From assembly GCF_963921235.1 (NCBI RefSeq), contig NC_086108.1:41108001-41172000 (forward strand): 64,000 nucleotides of DNA, read 5' to 3'. Below the pieces are notes generated by a model, which was given only the letters and a program-made list of their open reading frames with translations, ran no database searches and was not told where the DNA came from. The DNA is from Mobula hypostoma. Taxonomy: Eukaryota. Positions 11,973 to 25,954 of this stretch are shown piece by piece (positions within the stretch are counted from its first letter, which is position 1; every line of letters begins with the position of its first letter). The translations under genes were made by a program, and so were the position numbers.

Positions 11973-14514
11973 AATTGCCACAATTCATTGTGTGTTGCAG
12001 GTAGGAGTCAATTTACTCAGCATGGAAAAGGACATTCTATTCCAGGTGCCACATTCTATCAGCATCTTATACCTCACATTGTTTGTATTGGAATTTATCC
12101 TGTTAGCTCAGTTTATCATGATATTACTTGTGATCAAAGAACATGACAAATAGTATAAGCCTTCCGTTTGCGGAATCCAATATCTCTGCAGTTCTCAACA
12201 GCACAACTCATCTGCTCTTCCTAATGGAGTGAAAGTCTGGTGAAAGAACTGTAGTGTCTGAGAAAGAAGCATAATTGCCAGCGGTCCATTGAGGCTTTTT
12301 CTTCTTATCAAGTATTATTGTTTCAGTTCTGAAAACCCAAAGACTTTGCTCCAGTAATCCTGTTGTCGAGACAAAAAGCTTTGTTTTATATTTATAAATC
12401 TTTCCTGTGCCACTTTGTGTATTTAAGTGCCAAAGCTTTTCTTTACTGAGGATAAACAGGAGCATCTTCGTACTTAAGGTGACGTGCTGTTGCCAAGGCT
12501 GCTGTTTCTATTTAGCTCCAAGGTTTGATCTCACCGAATGACAACGAGTGTGAATCAGGCAGGATGCCATTCCTCCGTTTCCCACTAACATCTAATCATG
12601 AACCCCGAGTAAGAAAAGAAAATGTGTTGAAATGCCAAGGCTTAACTCCCACCCTACTGCAGGTATTTTCCGTTTACTGGATGACTTTTTTTCTCAGAGG
12701 AACCCTTGGGCAATACTAACCACCATGAGGTCTAACTGGCAACTCACAGCTAGAAATGGATTAGATGGCCTTACTATTGCCTACTCTCAAATGGATTTTT
12801 CAATTGATGTTATGCCACTTGGTTGTGCACACTTTGAATCAGTCAACTTCATTCTATTGTTCAAGACTATGTAGAATTAATGCTTCAATATCCTACCAAT
12901 CAAATCAGCCCATCGATGAGAGGAAATCAACAGTGGTGGAGAGTTATCATCAGTTTCTGGTTGAGAGATAGAGTCCAATATACACATTATTTATAATAAT
13001 GCTAATGCTGAGTTTAGGATCTATCAAAGAAGTTGTGTAAATACAAAAGAGGATAATGCTGGAAACGTTCAGTATTTCAAAGTATGAGAGCTTAAATTTT
13101 CCACAGCTAGCTATTAAGTCTTATGCCTGGTTACTGTCCTCAGCTCTGTGACATGTACTGCAGCACTAGCTCATCAGCAGCGGTAAATGTAGAGGTTCCG
13201 GCAGATTCTTGACAAAAGCTTCTTTGGCACTGTTGTGCTGAGTGGTATCACTCACCTGCGAGCCAACTCAGACATTGTGTAAGTGAAGTGTGTTAACTTC
13301 AACAGAACTGTCCTTCACAGTGATCCCGGGATTTCACACCCTCCCAAGTGGCCCCTCAAAATGATTATCCTCCTTTAACTTTTATTATTGAACAGCAGAA
13401 CAAAGCCCCACATATATCACTTGTCATTTTCTTTCAACAGCTGACTCTGTCATATCACCTATTGTAGTATAAGCCAAGCAGTTTCATAGTAAGGGTAAGC
13501 TAAAAACTAAGACAAAAGGCAACGTCTGAGGAATCTCTAACACGGCCATATATACCAAGTTTGTTTTATTGTAGCATCAATATCTGACACACTGTCTCTA
13601 AAACTTATTCATTTAAGATCAATGGAGATTTTATTATTCAAAGTTATTTTTGGAAGACATTTTGGAAAACGTACAATATACTCATCGTCATCATTATGTG
13701 TCATGTCATGACATGGGCGATTATAGTCTTCCATCTGTCTACTGAGCAAGGGATCGTTACCTGTAGTGAAGACCTCCCACCCCCCACCAACCCCCAGAGA
13801 CACTGTCGCTCTATCCATAACCATGATTGTTCTTGGCAAATTTTTCTACAGAAATGGTTTGTCATTACCTTCTTCTGCGCAGTGTGTTTACAAGACGTGT
13901 GACCCCAGCCATCATCAACACTCTTTAAAGATAGTCTGCCTGGCGTCAGTGGTCAGGAGGAGTGGTCATACGACCATCCACCACCTGCATCCATGGCTTC
14001 ACAAGACCCTGATTGGGGAGGGTGGGGAAAGTTGCTAAGCAGGAGCTAACACTTTGCCCAGGTGAGACCTGCAGGCTAGTGGAGGGAAGAATGCCCTACA
14101 CCTCCTTTGGTAGAGATGTATCTCAATCCCACCAGCGGAAATCGATATTATTTTACTCAAATATTTCAAAGTGGTCTTGAAGAAAGATGCAATTTTGGTG
14201 TTGCTTATACTTCATTGTCCACAGCCTCATCAAATGACTGTGTTGAATCCATGACATATGCTCACCCACCAGGAAACTCTCTTAAAGTCATTGGTTGCAA
14301 ATTTATGATCGATGAGTTTTGGAATGATCTAGCCTGGTTCCATCAGTTAGTCCACAGTGGGCTCTATCTAGTTCATTGATTCTCCAGAAGAAACATCCTG
14401 AACAGTTCTCTCTTGAAACTCTCTGCTGCCACCTGCTAACATGCTCCTTGACAGTTGCCATTCTCAATACTGCCTTCACCTTGATCTGGCAGTTCAGCTA
14501 TCATTCTGATCTCT

Positions 14515-14815
14515 TCTATCCACACACAAGAACACAGAAAGAGGAGCAGGGGTAGGCCACCAAGATCTTCATGTGAAACTCATCATTCAATATGGATCCT
14601 GGCTGATCTAACCTGCACCTCAATTCTTCAGTGCAGTTTACAATAGCCACAATTCCCCAATCTTGCAAAATTAAAATTAACCACAGCTTAAATATTTCTA
14701 ATAAACAAGCCTCCACCACCCCTGAGGGCAGAGAATTTCAGAGATTCACTGCCTTCTGTGAAATTAAATTTCCACATGCTTTTTTAAAAAAAGATTGACC
14801 TCTTAACTTGTAACA
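14515..14815 (-). mobile_element. Old CR1 3' end fragment
   Basis: Resembles the CR1 3' terminus seen at 49391-49700 (GGCAGAGAATTTCAGAGATTCACT). Confidence 0.6.
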
Positions 14816-15696
14816 ATGTACACTGAATCTCAGGATTGTATATGGTGACGTATGGTGTTTATACTTTAAGAATAAAATTTACTTTCAGCTTTGTTCAAGA
14901 CTATCTCACTAGTCAAATCACTATTATCCCTATGAATTTTTTGCTGCTCTTTACCAGATGTTAGTTAATATTTATTCGGACTGAGTGGAATAAAGTGGAG
15001 AATCCTTAATCACTAGCCTTACCTGAAGTTTCTTAATTTTATTATATTCTCACAATTACTATCCACAATAAACAATTCTAATTGTTTTCTATTCTGTTTC
15101 CGTAACCTATCAATATATTTTGCATCTCAATATTATGTTCCAAAGCTCTATCCCCAAGGCATATTCAGGTTTTCTGGGAATTGATCATTTTCTCTGTCTT
15201 TTAATTAACTCATCAGGATGCTTTAGAAGCTAGTTGGCAAAATTACATGGAACACCTCACAGATTACAACAACCTCTACTCTTTAAGTTTAGAGCATTCT
15301 ACCATAACTGATGAAATGCCCATTGATACATGACAGTACAGTTATTTTAGCAGCAGCTTCCATTTGGATGCAATAGTATTCAAACTTCCCTTTGCCTCCC
15401 TATTTTGCTAATTGATATTATAGTTAAATTTCCTGGTCCACTGTCACAAGTGGTTTTGAGGTGATTTATGTCTTATGCCAAAACATTCTTGGATGAATTT
15501 ATAAATGCCCATTTATTGTAATTAAAATCATAAAATCATAAAATTTTATAGCTCAATTGGCCAATTAATGCATTATATCTGAAATGATTCCTTGAAAGAG
15601 AGATCCAGTTAATCTCACTCCCTCAGTCCTTCCCCAATTCAGTTCAAGCATTATCATTGAACCTTAGATTGAGTCTATGTTTGCCTACTTTCATGT

Positions 15697-17032
15697 CATA
15701 GAGCAGAATACAGGCCCTTCGGCCCACAAAGTTGTGCCGAGCATGCCCCTACTTTAGAAATTACTAGGGTTACCCATAGCTCTCTATTTTTCTAAGCTCC
15801 ATGTACCTATCCAAAAGCCTCTTAAAAGACCCTATTGTATCCGCCTCCACCACCATTGCCGGCAGCCCATTCCATGCACTCACCACTCTCTGCGTAAAAA
15901 ACTTATCCCTGATATCTCCTCTGTACCTACTCCTAAGCACCTTAACCTGTGCCCTCTTGTGGCAGCCATTTCAGCCCTGGGAAAAAGCCTCTGACTATCC
16001 ACATGATCAATGCTTCTCATCATCTTATACACATCTATCAGGTCACTTCTCATCCTCTGTTGCTCCAAGGAGAAAAGGCCAAGTTCACTCAACCTGTTTT
16101 CATAAGTCATGCTCCCCAATCCAGGCAACATCCTTGTAAATCTCCTCTGCACCTTTCTATGGCTTCCACATCCTTCCTGTAGTGAGGTGACCAGAACTGA
16201 GCACAGTACTCCAAGTGGGGTCTGACCAGGGTCCTACATAGCTACAACATTACCTCTCGGCTCCTAAATTCAATTCCACGATTGATGAAGGCCAATACAC
16301 CGTACGCCTTCTTAACCACAGAGTCAACCTGTGCAGCTGTTTTGAGCGTCCTATGGACTCGGACCCCAAGGTCCCTCTGATCCTCCACATTGTCAAGAGT
16401 CTTGCCATTAATACTATATTCTGCCATCATATTTGACCTACCAAAATGAACCACTTCACACTTCACAAGTGGTTGAACTCTGTCTGCCACTTCTCAGCTC
16501 AGTTTTGTATCCTATCAATGTCCTGCTGTAACCTCTGACAGCCCTCCACACTATCCACAACACCCCCAACCTTTATGTCATCAGCAAATTTACTAACCCA
16601 TCCCTCCACTTCCTCATCCAGGTCATTTATAAAAATCACAAAGAGTAAGGGTCCCAGAACAGATCCCTGAGGCACACCACTAGTCACCGACCTCAATGCA
16701 GAATATGTCCCGGCTGCAACCACTCTTTGCCTTGTGTGGGCAAGCCAGTTCTGGATCCACAAAGCAACATCCCCTTGGATCCCATGCCTCCTTACTTTCT
16801 CAATAAGCCTTGCATGGGGTACCTTATCAAATGCCTTGCTGAAATCTATATACACTACACCTACTGCTCTTCCTTCATCAATGTGTTTAGTCACATTCTC
16901 AAAAAATTCAATCAGGCTCGTAAGGTATGATCTGCCCTTGACAAAGCCATCCTGACTATTCCTAATCATGTTATACCTCTCCAAGTATTCATACATCCTA
17001 CCTCTCAGGATCTTCTCCATCAATTTACCAAC
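15697..17032 (-). mobile_element. CR1 LINE RT and 3' end, 5'-truncated
   Basis: ORFs 16499-17023 ([26 protein letters not shown]), 16242-16490 and 15880-16152. Confidence 0.95.
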
Positions 17033-17084
17033 CGATTATCTTCCAAATACTTTATGTGGTTCACCATCACGTTTCAAGTTGATA

Positions 17085-17700
17085 GGGTTGTCAAATTGAT
17101 AAGGCTGTTTAGAAGGCATACGGTTCATAGGCCTTCATTAGTCAGGGGATTGAGTTCAAGAGCTGTAAGGTAAAGCTGCAGCTCTAAAAAAGCCCTGGTT
17201 AGACCACACTTGGAATATTGTGTTCATTTCTGGTTGCCTCATTACACAAAGGATGTGGATGCTTAGAAAGAGTGCAGAGGTGATTTACCAGGAGACTGCT
17301 TGGACTGGAGAGTGTGTCATAACAGTAAAATCTTGGGCTTTTCTCCTTGGAACAAAGAAGGATGAGAGGTGACTTGATCAAGGTGTAGTTGATGAAAAGA
17401 AGCATAGATCAAATGGACACTCAGAGACTTTTTCCCAGGGTGAAATGGCTAATACGAGAGGGCATAATTTCAAAGTGATTGGAGAAATGTACGGGGGGGA
17501 ATTACTGGCCTTTTAAGCTGTGTATATGTAAGTTTTTATTGCACAGGAAATGGTGGGTGTATGGTACACGTGGCTAGTGATGGTGGTAGAGAAAAATATA
17601 TTGGGGAGATTAAAGAGATTCTTCGATAGGTACGTGAATTATAGAAAAATGGAGGGCTATGTGGAGGGGAAGGGTGGGTTAAAAGGACAGAACAACATTC
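17085..17700 (+). mobile_element. Decayed CR1 3' fragment
   Basis: ALVRPHLEYCVHFW and RMRGDLI motifs. Confidence 0.8.
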
Positions 17701-19661
17701 ATGGGATCTTGGCCTCACTGGCAAAACCAGCATTTATTTTTCATAACTGGCATTGAGAATCTGATCATGTCATTTTTTTGATACATGAGAGGCTATATTT
17801 AATCATCAACGTATAACTAGTGGATTGGAAGATTCCCTTTTCTGAAAGACACTCATGAATTGTGGACTTTTGGTAATTAGTTTACTATTGTCATGCGTAT
17901 TGAGGTACAGTGAAAAACCTTGGTTTGCATGCCATCCACAAAGATCGTTTCATAATATCAGTTGATTGAGGTAGTGCAAGGAAAAACAATAACAGAAGGC
18001 AGAACCTAGTGTTACAGTTGCAGTGGAAGTGTAGTACAGTTAGGCAACAAAGGACAAGGCCATGACAAGGTAGATTCTGAACTCAGGTCCATTTTATTGA
18101 TCTTCTAACAGCAGGATAGAAGCCATCCTTGAGCCTGGTGTCATGTGCTTTCATACATTTCTATCAGTACTCCTATGAAGGGGAGGAGGTGGAGAGAAGA
18201 GAAAATATCCTGTGCGAATGAGGTCTTTCATTATGTTGGCTGCTTTTCCAAGACAACAGGAAGTGCAAACAGAGTCCCAGTAACTGATATCAGGTGCTTA
18301 TTCTGTGTGTCTTCAATGAAGCAATTGAATGTAAACTCCCAGAGTTTCTATTCACATCTGCAGAGTATTCAGTCCAAATCTATGGATTATTCATTCATAA
18401 CAAAACTAAAACAAAATATGGCAGATGCTAGAAATCTTTAAAAAAACACTCAAAATGCTGGAAATATTCAGCATGTCAGGCAACATCTGTGGATAGTGAA
18501 GCACAATTAACATTCTATGGCAATAACCCTTTGTCAAAGCAGGAGAAAAATTAGAGACAAAACTAATTTTGAGATGTTGAGAAAATAGGGAAAAGAAGAA
18601 AGAGCAAAATGGTAAGTCTAGTTTACCCTGAAGGCCAGGAACGATTAAATAACCAAATTTTATCTTCATCCCACCTTCATAGAAGGCTGCACAGGATTGC
18701 ATTGATTTTGTCCCATTGCAGTCACATGATCTGGTCATAAGTCATGATATTTTTTAATTGCACACAAACGTTTTACTACCCTCTTCATCTCATCCTAAAA
18801 GTATAATCCTGAGCAAGCACAGTTCCAAAATACTGACTGTTTATTCCTCTCCATAGATGCCGCCTGGCCTGCTGTGTTCCTCCAGCGTCTTGTATTCATT
18901 CTTCTGGATTTACAGCATCTGCAGGATTTCTTGTGGTTATGAGATAATCTTCTATTCCTTTAACTCCCCTATGCTTACCCATTTTCACTTTAAACCTTCT
19001 ATGCAGTTAACCTTAACTTTTCCCTGTCATAGTGAGTTTCAACATATGAATGCATGAGAGAGAAGCAGGAGTAGGTCATCCCTGAACTTGCATGTTTTGT
19101 CTCATCTAAGCCTCATATCCCACAATTGTATCAGTGCCCCAAGAGCAATTGATTTTAGCCTCGAATCCCCATCGCTCTGTAGTAGAGAATTCAAAACAAT
19201 TTCCAACTGTGCAAAGTCTTTCAATCCAGTGTAGCTGAGCTTTCATTCTGAGAGCATGTCTCATACTTTAAGATAGACTCTGGACGGTGGGAAAAGCCTC
19301 TTGGCATCTAACCCTTCAGTCCTCTCAGAAGCCTGTTTCTCAATCACAGTTAAATGAAGAGTAGAAACAACATGTACATCATATTTTACATTGACTTGAT
19401 TATTACATCTTTTATCACATTGCAGTATTTCTATAACTGGAATGATTGTCCAGAAATATTCAGATTAAGGCAGACCTAATTACATACATTGCAGCAAGCA
19501 TGATCTATCTGCAATACACAGATATATTCACTCTTTGAAAAAAAGGATTGGCTTTACACACCAATAAAAATATTGTTTATACTTGTCATAACAGAAAGCA
19601 CAGTCAATAAAATACACCTTAGACATGGTGGATCAATTAGTCCAGATTGCAATGTCTACAA

Positions 19662-20015
19662 AGGATTGCACAGTAGCATAGCAAGTAAAGCTGCTGACTC
19701 TCAAATCCATGGACTCAAGTTCAATTACTGACCTTTGGCTGTGTGAAATTTGCAGGTCTGCCCTGTGACCACATGAATTTCCTCATCCGAAAAGCATGTA
19801 TATCGATAGGTTAATTGGCCACTGTCAATGATCTGTGTGTATGGGTGAGTGGTGGAGTATGTGTGCATGACTATGGGTGTACAGAAGGAGGGAGAGGAGG
19901 GTGGTTGATGGTAATGTGGGAAAGATAAAATGCAGTTCGGTTATGGATAGTGTAACTGGCTGCATGATGCTCAGCACAGCCAGTACAACAAAGGGCCTGT
20001 TTGCATGCTCTGCAT
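19662..20015 (+). mobile_element. V-SINE/HE1-like SINE, decayed
   Basis: tRNA-like head (AGTTCAAT B-box remnant), V-domain-like GTGTGAAATTTGCAGGTCTGCCCTGTGACCACATGAATTTCCTC, and a CR1-like 3' end. Confidence 0.6.
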
Positions 20016-21039
20016 GAACTTGTCTAGTTAACTCAGTAATGTTCACCCAAATTGTTTACAGTCAAGAATATATCCCAGCCAAAATTTTAGCACCAACAGA
20101 TAACAGCACATGACATTTGTTAGAACATGGTTAAGCTTCGCTTCCTGTTGGTATTTATAGAAAAGTTAATTATAAAAAAGGCTCAAAGGGCACAAAAACA
20201 TGCAACATGCTTTTCCAAATAAGCTACTTCCTGTTTCTATCTTAGAATCAGAATCAGGTTTATTATCACTGATATATGTTGTGAAATTTGCATTTCTGTG
20301 GTACCAGTGCAAAACAATATATTAAAAAAAAGACTATAAGCTGCAACAAAAATATTAAAAATATACTGCAAAAAGAGAGCAAACTACTTTTGAATTGCAA
20401 TTTGAAACAGATTTACTTGAGAGATCTGGTGATTATAAACCTGATGTTAAAAATGTGCCTTCTCTTTATACTGTTATATGGTTCTTCACTATCAAAACCA
20501 GAGTAAATGTGTTAACTAATTGTGTGCTGATTTCCACTGACCAACACTTGCTCCAACTAATTATAAGCTTCAAGGTTCAAAGTTCAAAGTAAATTTATAA
20601 TACGTCATGTGCAACTTTGAGATCACTTTCTTGCAGGCACCCACAGCACAATAAAGAAATACAATAGAATCCATGAAAAACCATACATAACAAAGGCAGA
20701 GTTCCTGAAAGTGTGTCTACAGGCTGTGGAAACAGTTCAGCCCTGAGGTGAGTAAAGCCATCCACGTAGGTCATGGAGCCCATTGGTTGTAGAGCTGTAA
20801 CTGTTCCTGGACCAGGTAGCATGGGACCCACAACTCCCATACCTCCCACACACTAGTAGTAGCAAGAACAGATGGGGACGGATCGAACACAAGTTGACAG
20901 GTTGGGCACAGGTGGAGGATCTTGGCTTGCACATCGTCATAATGCCTGCCAGTTACAACCCCCGTGCCTGCTGTGTGAGTTGAGGGAAACCTTTAATTTT
21001 TAGGGGTTCCTTGAAATGATATTTTTCCATATTGGAGAA

Positions 21040-21135
21040 CAGTATGAAGGGTTCCAGCCCGAAACGTCGACCGATCTTTTTCCACAGATGCTGCCCGACC
21101 TGCTGAGTTCCTCCAGCGTGTTGTGAGTGTTGCTT
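21040..21135 (+). mobile_element. Penelope pseudo-LTR fragment with partial hammerhead motif
   Basis: ATGAAGGGTTCCAGCCCGAAACGTCGAC...GATGCTGCCCGACCTGCTGAGTTCCTCCAGC. Confidence 0.7.
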
Positions 21136-24100
21136 TATCAAACTCTGACAATTGGTTCTAGTATCGAGTGGAGTACTGGGAGATCCTCAAACCAGAACTT
21201 GATAGTTGTCGGTATTAACTTGTGATCACCATGGGCCAGTTAGCCACTGTGCTCTAAAGTCTTCATTTCTGCCGGCAAATTAATCTTCCCTGCAAATAAA
21301 AAGTTTAGGTTAGTTTGAAGTGTTCATATTCCACATGCTACAAGTGTACATTGTAAATTTTGGTCGTCTATAATATGATCAAATGGAGAAATCCTGATGC
21401 CTAGAGACATAGAAAAGATTTAGATATTCAGATAATTTTCACATTTTACTGTTCTACTTGTTTTATTTCTTCCAAATAGAAGAAAAGGGGCTGAAAGCCA
21501 TCAGCTTGATTTTATTTCCAGATTTGATATCTTATTTGAATGTATTGGCCGAGATATTGAAACGTCTGGCATCAAGAGTAATGCTCAGTTTTATTTAAAT
21601 AGTTGATCAGAATCAGTTGCTCACTGGAATTAATTAAAATAAGGTGGCCAGAAGCTACTGGCATTTAAATAGCTTTTAAAATATCACTAAGTAGTCTAGG
21701 GCACTGAGAGTTATTTATTATTTAACCCTGAGTCAACAAAGGATTTTATTATGAAATTATTATTATTCAGAGTCAGGTTTTAAGATACTTCTTAAAGAAT
21801 CTTTTGGGAGGTCTCAAGTTGGTGAGAAGTCAGGAACGATTCCATGTGCTTGAAGCTTGGTTTGGATGTCCATTCTCTTCCAATCTATCATCAAGAAAAG
21901 TGAAATTTCTGTTTATTTAAAGTCCAGGCTGAGCTCTGAACCTCTTCATTCTTGCAGAAATACTATTGTGCAACCTAAGCTGGTAACTTCCCCAACTATT
22001 TCTAGTTCATTTGAACTTACTTTCCCACAAAGCTCTTGAAAATCCAAGTCAGATGTTGTTTATAAATTCCAAGCTGCTTCTGTGCAAACTTTGCAGTTCT
22101 TCAGAAGAGAACAAAGACTGTTAAGTTGAGGGAACTACTGCCACCCAGTGGTGGTCAGCCAGTAGCCTCCTCCTCTCAGATGGCATTCTTCTTCAGAGAT
22201 TTCTGCAAGACCACAGGTCACAGCAGTTAATTGCATGCATAGCAGTACATCTAAGCAGGCTGGACAAACCAAAAGCAATACACGTTTCAGACCAACTACA
22301 CAGTTTTCCAAAAAAGTTCACCTGCAATCCCTAATAATATTCAATGACTAAGAAAAGAACATACTTTGATGTACCTGGATCCATCAGAAAAAGGCATAGG
22401 TCTGTGTGTGTTTTTTTAAGGAAAGACTCCTGGGCTATTATTGAATCAAAATGAAAATTATATGTAGATACAGTTACCAACGTCAACATTAACAGCTGGA
22501 AACTATGCTGTGAATTGAGAAGATACAGCAGATAAGGAGCTCGTGATTTGTTTGGCAAATCATGTACATGAATATTGGTTGTAACAGTTTGGTAGACACA
22601 AGATGTATGAGTACCAGTTACTGCAGATACAATGAATCAGAGAGTAAAGCAATGGGTGTATTTCTTATCCATCAGCTTTTTGGAAAACTACAAAAGAGGA
22701 ATTTGTTTGTTTTTGAGTTTTAATAAATAGCAAACTTTGTAATAGTGCTGAATTCCAACTCAGCTGAGTGCTGATTATAATTTCAGCTAAACAGTGAGGG
22801 CATGGAATGGTGGCCCTGTATAATCCCACTGAATTCAGAAGACAGGTTTTCCCATCATATTTTCAATAATAATTGTTGCATGCAATGCTAGGGTATCGCC
22901 TGGCTTATATTTCTTTTGGCCAGGAACTCTACTTCTTGAGCAGACTAAGGTACTGTTATTGCAATGATGTGTTTTTTTAAAATTTTGCTCTAATTGTTTT
23001 GAGAGTATTGAGATTATTTGAGCTATTCCCTTGACGGTAAAACTGCAAAGCTCATGAAAAATTAAGTCCAGCAAATTAACTCCATAAAAATTAACAAAAT
23101 TAATTCAAACCAAACACTGGCAAATGAGCAAGAGCCACAGCAAAGAGAGATTTCGATTGAGATAAATGCAGGCTGCATATAACCATTCAGTGGCAAGACA
23201 CAGAATTGTTGAAATAATTTACATTTAAAGCAGGTTTCCAAAAGTTTTATTTTTTCCCTGTGCATCCAAATTTTGATTTTGAAAAAAATCTGTGATCTTT
23301 TGTTGGGTGATCCATCATAAATTGGGGAATAGGGGAAGCAAAGAAATTGCTTTTAATATGTTAAAATTTTGAGAAGATTTATTGTACTCCAGAGATCTGT
23401 TGCTCATAGCAACATAGATGAAACCCACACAAAACAAAAGGCATAGGCTTAAATCAAAGCCTTGAAATTTCCATGGGATTTGATACACTGATTCCTTTGG
23501 GCCTAATTCCATAGGTTAAGCATCTGTAGCTCTGAAGAAAATTATGAGCTGTTCCCAAAAGTACCTTCATTGCCATGACCAAACACAGCTTTGCATTTAA
23601 GAGACGTGTTGATAGGCTCTGCTCTGACACAGTTGTAACACTGAACAGTTGTGAACTCAAGACCTTTGCTGAGATTCTGTCTAGGCTGAAAGCATCCATC
23701 AAAGTATAGTTATGCATCTCTACAGCAGGTGCTGGCATTTTCTTCTGGAGAAATCAGCCAGATTTTTCAAACTTGTTTCCTGTTCTGTAGTATTCTAAGC
23801 CTTAAAATGGGGAACATTTACCTTTAAGAGTTACTTTAAAATCTACTTCTTTGACCAAGCCATCAGTCACTTATCCCATTGTGTCCTTATGTGATTTGGA
23901 ACTAAATTTTGTTTGATTGTTGATTTGGTGAACTAGGTTGGGATATTTAGTGTTAACAGAAGTCAAAACAATCTGCACCTAGTAGTCAGTTGAAACAAAT
24001 CTCAGGCTGACTTTTACTGATTCATTGTTCTGGGGGGAACCATTTAAATATTCATACTGGAAGTGTGAGTTGGGTTGAGTTGAGTTTTGAGACTGGCGTA

Positions 24101-24837
24101 ATCTTATTGAATAAAGGGTTATTTTGAATCCCAGTTTGTTCTACTATCTGGCTTTGGGTCTCATCAGTAGTTATACGTGAGCAAGTGAAAACTGGTCCAG
24201 GGATGTGAACTGTTTTTAGTAAAAGGACCAACTGAATCCTTCAAGTAGGCACTGCTATTGGCTGTTTGAGGTGACATTGCAGGCTGGGAACTAGGCATCC
24301 TGGAGCAGTGAGCATGCAGGACAGTCACCAAAGTAACTTCTTACGTGTAACCAAAGTAATCAGAGCTTGTGATCTTTAGAATACATAATTTTAACAATAT
24401 ACTTTTGGTAGAAGTTTGTTCATGTACACAGTAATCACGGGACACTTGGATCATTCCTATTAATTCCCTCCTTAGATCACCGAAGAATTTGCAGAAAATA
24501 CTTGAGAGGGTGCATGCAGACAAGGTGAAAATAAGTACTGTCTGGACTAAGTCATGCATGTAGCCAGCACACTTAGTTAAGCCTATCACAATGACACACA
24601 AGATGCAGAACATACTGATCTTGAGATAATCACTAGGGTAAAATCCATTTGTATGGTGAATAGGAAAACATAGCTATTTTAAAATTTTCATTCACCATTC
24701 ACCAAAGGTAGGATAATTGGCTACTGTAGGTAAGTGGTATGACATGACACATAATGATGAGGCAAGTGGTAGAATTTGGGAGGAGTTATTGAGAGTATGA
24801 GGAAAATCAAATAAATGCTCAGTGAAATCCAATCACA

Positions 24838-25056
24838 AACAACAGAAAATCTGCAGATGCTGGAAATCCAAGCAACACACACAAATTACTGGAGGAACTC
24901 AGCAGGCCAGGCAGCATCTATGGGAGAAAGTATAGTCGACGTTTCAGGCCAAGACCCTTCAGTAAGTCCTGCTGAAGGGTTTCGGCCCAAAACATCGACT
25001 GTACTCTTTCCCATAGATTCTGCTTGGTTTGCTGAGTTCCTCCAGCATTTTGTGTG
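24838..25056. mobile_element. Palindromic non-autonomous Penelope-derived element (two inverted pseudo-LTRs)
   Basis: CACACAAATTACTGGAGGAACTCAGCAGGCCAGG...GTCGACGTTTCAGGCCAAGACCCTTCAG is mirrored by CTGAAGGGTTTCGGCCCAAAACATCGAC...GCTGAGTTCCTCCAGCATTTTGTGTG. Confidence 0.8.
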
Positions 25057-25504
25057 AAATGGTGAGTGTAAATGGGTTGGCATAGACTCAATAGTCCAAA
25101 GAGCCAGTTTACTTGTTTTACCTCGGTATACATTGCATTATTATATTTGTAGCCTTGGAGTAAAGGTATTATTGCTGGCTCTGAGAACCAAAAGTACTGG
25201 CAGTGGTGATTTGTGATAGCTCATTGCATCAGGGTTAGGGCAACAATAAGTGAGGATAAATGATAGGATGACATTTAGAAAGTTTAGTTCAATCTGTCAG
25301 TTTCTCCCCACTCTCATTCCATACTGCATTAAGGCACATGTACTAAATACTAAACTCGTTAAGAAATCTGAAGCAACTGATTCCTATAGTTGCCAGAACT
25401 TCAGAGAAATACACAAAATATGGAAACATTTGAAAGGACCGTGTGACAAGTTATGTGACATCATTATGTGGTCACATAAGGTCAGGTGTTGCTTTCAACC
25501 AGAG

Positions 25505-25584
25505 CAAGGGTTCCAACCTTCTTTTATACCGTAGACCCCTAACATTAACTGAGGGGTCCATAGACCCCAGGTTGGGAACCCCTA
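25505..25584. mobile_element. Tiny hAT/Charlie-type MITE
   Basis: TIRs CAAGGGTTCCAACCT and AGGTTGGGAACCCCTA. Imperfect 8-bp flanks AACCAGAG/GTCCAAAG. Confidence 0.65.
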
Positions 25585-25954
25585 GTCCAAAGAGTTATAT
25601 GGTGTAGCACAGGCTGAAGCTGCAATAAACAAAGCTGTCTTTTGAAAGTGATGTTGTTATTCTAATCTATTGCAAACCAAAGCCATGTGCACATAATGGC
25701 CTGGAAGTTCTGTTCCTGTTCAGTAGCTGTATAACTTTGAAAGTTGGTTTCTGACAGCCATGTGCCTTGACTACAACAACGACTCGCAGAGGAATTGAGA
25801 CAGACACTGGAATCACAAGGCAATAGAGCATAGAATAGAATACAGTGGTATGCAAAAGTTTGGGCACCCTGGTCAAAATTTCTGTTACTGTGAATAGTTA
25901 AGTGAGTAGAAGATGAACTAATCTCCAAAAGTCATAAAGTTAAAGATGAAACAT

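Noticed and set aside
12524..12615. Possible plus-strand exon ending CCCCGA|GTAAGA (MPFLRFPLTSNHEPR)
   Set aside because: No recognisable homology and weak splice context.
13250..13290. Possible first coding exon on the minus strand (ATG TCT GAG TTG GCT CGC AG|GTGAGT)
   Set aside because: The donor site is good, but there are only seven codons, no recognisable protein and no partner exon.
13685..14140. Probable interspersed repeat
   Set aside because: It looks repeat-like, but I could not assign a family, termini or coding motif.
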